Below are positions 60,421 through 64,000 of a stretch of 64,000 bases of DNA, piece by piece. The stretch comes from Nemertoderma westbladi. Taxonomy: Eukaryota; Animalia; Xenacoelomorpha. The stretch spans positions 1-64,000 of the forward strand of contig JAUCBJ010000150.1 of NCBI GenBank assembly GCA_032718475.1. Direction: 5' to 3'. The notes under the pieces are model-generated. The model made no database searches. It saw only the letters and a program-made list of their open reading frames with translations, and had not been told where the DNA came from. Within the stretch, counting starts at the first letter, position 1. Each line of letters starts with the position of its first letter. A program made the position numbers and the translations under genes.

Positions 60421-62379
60421 GGGAGTCTAATTGTTTGGTAATACAGATTCGGTCAGGCACAAGGAGGTTTGGATTGCATGTGTTGTGAATAATTAATTAA
60501 TCGATTCCATTAAGCCTTCATACATTAGGTGACAGACCAACAGAAAGACCGATCGACAGACAATGGTTGAAACAGCAGCACAGTGGTGTCTGTCTTCCAT
60601 CTCGCATGTAAACATGAGGAAATTATTGCAATATTTTTGGTTTATAGGATTTTTTTTTTTATAAGGATTGGTTCTGATGCAGATATGGAAACATATCTGG
60701 TATGGCCGTTCTGAATTTTTACATATCCATTTGGTATGTTATTTCTAATGGTTGTTGAAGAAAGCAACAATTGCATCAGGCCTATAATGTATAAATATAT
60801 ATATATAAGCATGCTTGTTAGATGCCATGGGAATTTGTAATTTGAATTCTTAAAACATAGGCATTTCTAAAATGACTCATTACCATGTTCATTGGTATGA
60901 TCGTGGTGGCAAAATCCCCCAAGCCACATACCAATACCCTATAGAGCATCCGCTAGGATGATTCGTATAGAATCAACATTGCCATTTAACATGGTAGTTA
61001 GGTACCACAAGAAATCGGCATAAACGGATCCATCTTTGTGTACATCCGGAGTATAGCCTTGTATGATAAGGATGGACTTGATAAGCATTTTATATTGACT
61101 TTTATACATATTATGTCATCCAATCCATAGATTCAGCTTTTTATACATAAAAAACGGACCAATAGAAGGGGAGGATGAAGAAATACCAATAGACCAGGGG
61201 GATCAGACTGGAATGAAATGGAGGATGATAGACATTTAGGGATAAATGTAATGGTTGATAGACAAGCTGATGACCTGCTTGAAGGATATTTTGATGTGGA
61301 TTATGCTTATGAGAATTCCTACGACTAGTAATGTTTCAATGTTTCAATGTTTATTTTACCCTTCAAATAATAATTCAAAATAACAATAACTCAGTATAAA
61401 ATAGAAATTAACATGAGTACATACTATATATGGTAAGTTCTATATAAATGGGTACTGGAGAACAGCCAAATAGCAGGGCTAGTAAACGGCTGCTCACCAG
61501 GAGGATGGGATTATATAAAATGTAAATATATGTAACATTTGATAGAATGGATGTAGTAAGTAGTGGTTTGAAGTAATATTATACTGTAGGGTGTTGCAGA
61601 TGCAGAATAGAGAGGTGAAGAAGAAGATGGCATATAGATAGATAGATAATGTAGGTAAGGTAGAGTAGAAAGTAGATAGATAAGAATAGGAAGGATAGGG
61701 ACTATGTATTAGGAGTGCTAATTTAGCAATAGATTTATGGTAATTAGTTGGGGCAGACTGCGATTTTTAACATTTTTTGTTTATACTGTAGGTCTATATA
61801 TATAAATGTATTTAGTAATACATAAATTTAATTTGGCGAATGACAACGAGTTATTTTAATAGATGGAGATTTAAACAGCAAATATTTTAGTATTTTATTT
61901 TAACAATAGTAAATGAGTCCATCGGGCCCGTATATTAATATCCTCCATTCACCAATATTTCACAGCGACCAGAACCAGAGGAGCGAATGGTGGTTCCGTT
62001 GTATTTGAGGAAATGGGTTAGATAGCTATCGAATGTTCACTCTTGGGAGTTAGTATATGCCGACCACTCTGTCCTACAGGTAACAGCCAAGATTGAGGAG
62101 TCTTCGGTTGTCATCAGACAACAGGGTTGAATCAGACAACAGGGGTGCCGGTGGGCCTATGGCTAGGACCAATAACATATCGTCACGAAAGTTAAATTAA
62201 TCCGAGCACAGACCACCCTTAACAATTTTAAACTAAAAAATAATGGAAGTTTGGAAATTTGTAATGCATCGGTGTGGAAAGTGTGCCATTTATGATTAGA
62301 AACAATGTTTTTATCATGTACCCTGCAGTTTTACTGCATAATCCTACGGCCTATGTATACATATAGCCCCCCTCAATAC

Positions 62380-62755
62380 AGAGCAGCAGTAGTACCAGTA
62401 CTCCTCTATATGAGTCCAAGCTCGGCTTTAACTGAAGAGGACACAAAATCTCTGTATGGCACATTCTCAAGAATGCTACGTCGGGTTCACTCAGTTCAAG
62501 TACAATCCACACATATCCAACCAGACACTATAGAACGCTGCAGGTGTCTCATTGGTTCTCCCGAGCTTGACACTTGAAGCCGCCTCCGATTTACAGGATA
62601 TTGTTTTTTCCTTGAGGACCAGCCTGTACAGAATCTTAAATGAAACTGGCCTTGAAGATGCGGACAATCTCGCGAAAGGTATGGGGGATTGGGAGTTGTG
62701 GCGGTGCAACTTTGATGATAAGCCGACATAGAATTCTTAATGAACGCTGCATTGG
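62380..62755 (+). mobile_element. Degenerate RTE-clade LINE 3' fragment
   Basis: RAAVVPVLLY..TKSLYGTFSRMLRRVH matches the other RTE copies. Confidence 0.8.
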
Positions 62756-63820
62756 GCTTGCCAATTGTGGATTGCATGATGGTGACAAAATGTTTTTGTT
62801 AAGTTGGCATAGCATCTCAATGTGCAGTTTCAATGCAGCAGGCCGATTATAGATAGATAGATGTACACTGTACAGTATACAAAGATATTGGTACTAAATT
62901 CGCAAAATTCAGGTTTTGGTTGTATGACATTGATAGTAGGCTCATTCGATGGGCAATTAGTGGGTGTAGCCATGGTAACACCATCGAAACAATATTAGAA
63001 TGAATCTTGAGATATTTCACAAAAATGTGTATCCCTGTTCGAGTCAACATTAATCAGTTAATGAGATGTGCCATATATGTATTTGTTCGCGCTTTCAGAC
63101 CTTTGGCAGTTTAACCCGCCAAATTAAGATGTCTTCTAGATATTAAATCGCTTTTTAGCCTATGACAAGTATTTGATTCACTACACTAGTCGAAACCAAT
63201 CTGTGCGCGATCATTCACCCGCTGGATATTCCCGGGAGATTGGGTTCGACGGTTTAATTTTATTGCTATGTAAGCCTAATGTATTATTCGACTGACAGTA
63301 TTATATAATCTCTGACAATATTATTCACCTTCGGGAATATTAACAGTTCCTTTAGGACGTGGCGCTTTATCTATATAAACAGAGTTATTACTTAAACTAC
63401 TCACAACGATATGGCTTAATTATAATTCACATATATGGCGCATTCTTTAGGAAATGCTTCTTTAACAGACTCACTCGTACACAATGCTGCACAATACTGC
63501 ACACTAATCTGCCAATCTTCACTGATTTTAGTCACATATAAAAGGAACACAGACTGACTCATGTAGGGTCTATCAAATAACATTAGATTCACTTCAAACC
63601 ACTTTAACATAAGTCACAATCGTTATTGGTAACCTTTCTCTCTTACCTTCGGTATATCAAGAATATTGGGTGTCGGGGTTATTTCTCGTTATTCCAATAT
63701 AATAATTCATCAACAAATATAATGAATAACCGACAACAAATAGCAATATACAGTATTGATTGAGCAGGTAAATTTTAGCAGTTTCAGCAGTTATTAAAAG
63801 CCGTGTGGTACGGTGTGTCA

Positions 63821-63895
63821 AATGCGGTGTGCATTAAAATGCGGTGTGCATTAAAATGCGGTGTGCATTAAAATGCGGTGTGCATTAAAATGCGT
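63821..63895. repeat. 17-bp tandem repeat, ~4 copies
   Basis: Unit AATGCGGTGTGCATTAA. Confidence 0.9.
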
Positions 63896-64000
63896 TAAAG
63901 GATATATGTCCTTATAATTAAACCTACTAGTGTTGAGCTAAAAAGCAGAAAACATAAAACACTACAAAGCCGTTCTTTCGTGGCTTTTAAAAACTCGTGA

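Noticed and set aside
60500-61330. Coding-like purine-rich stretch
   Set aside because: No sustained ORF or recognisable motif; probably a decayed transposon.
62030-62190. Possible HDV-like ribozyme in an RTE 5' UTR remnant
   Set aside because: Could not build the nested double pseudoknot by eye; needs an Infernal/RNArobo search.

Overview
AT-rich animal (invertebrate-like) genomic DNA. The + strand carries the last six coding exons of a ryanodine receptor (1-106, 17615-17755, 47753-47909, 48967-49060, 49452-49578, 50663-50758; splice phases join correctly). Its two large introns (17.5 kb and 30 kb) host other genes. Intron 107-17614 holds three tandem copies of an uncharacterised minus-strand locus: an 'MEPDSVEQ' ORF, which carries an intact Ulp1/SENP-type C48 protease domain only in copy 3, plus a tandem PH-like ORF, the two separated by an old TA-flanked MITE. 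Intron 17756-47752 holds uninterrupted, same-strand M6PR and MPP7-like CDSs, nested transposons (DNA element > degenerate LINE > apparently intact LINE with an LMDD RT and a likely -1 frameshift) and several minisatellites. Two arrays were amplified from functional gene junctions: a 27-bp in-frame repeat that multiplies an RyR splice donor, and a 34-bp repeat that multiplies the MPP7 C-terminus and stop codon. A single-ORF CD109-like thioester protein lies convergently downstream. RTE LINE fragments, SINEs and MITEs are scattered throughout. All calls come from reading the sequence by eye; no searches were run.
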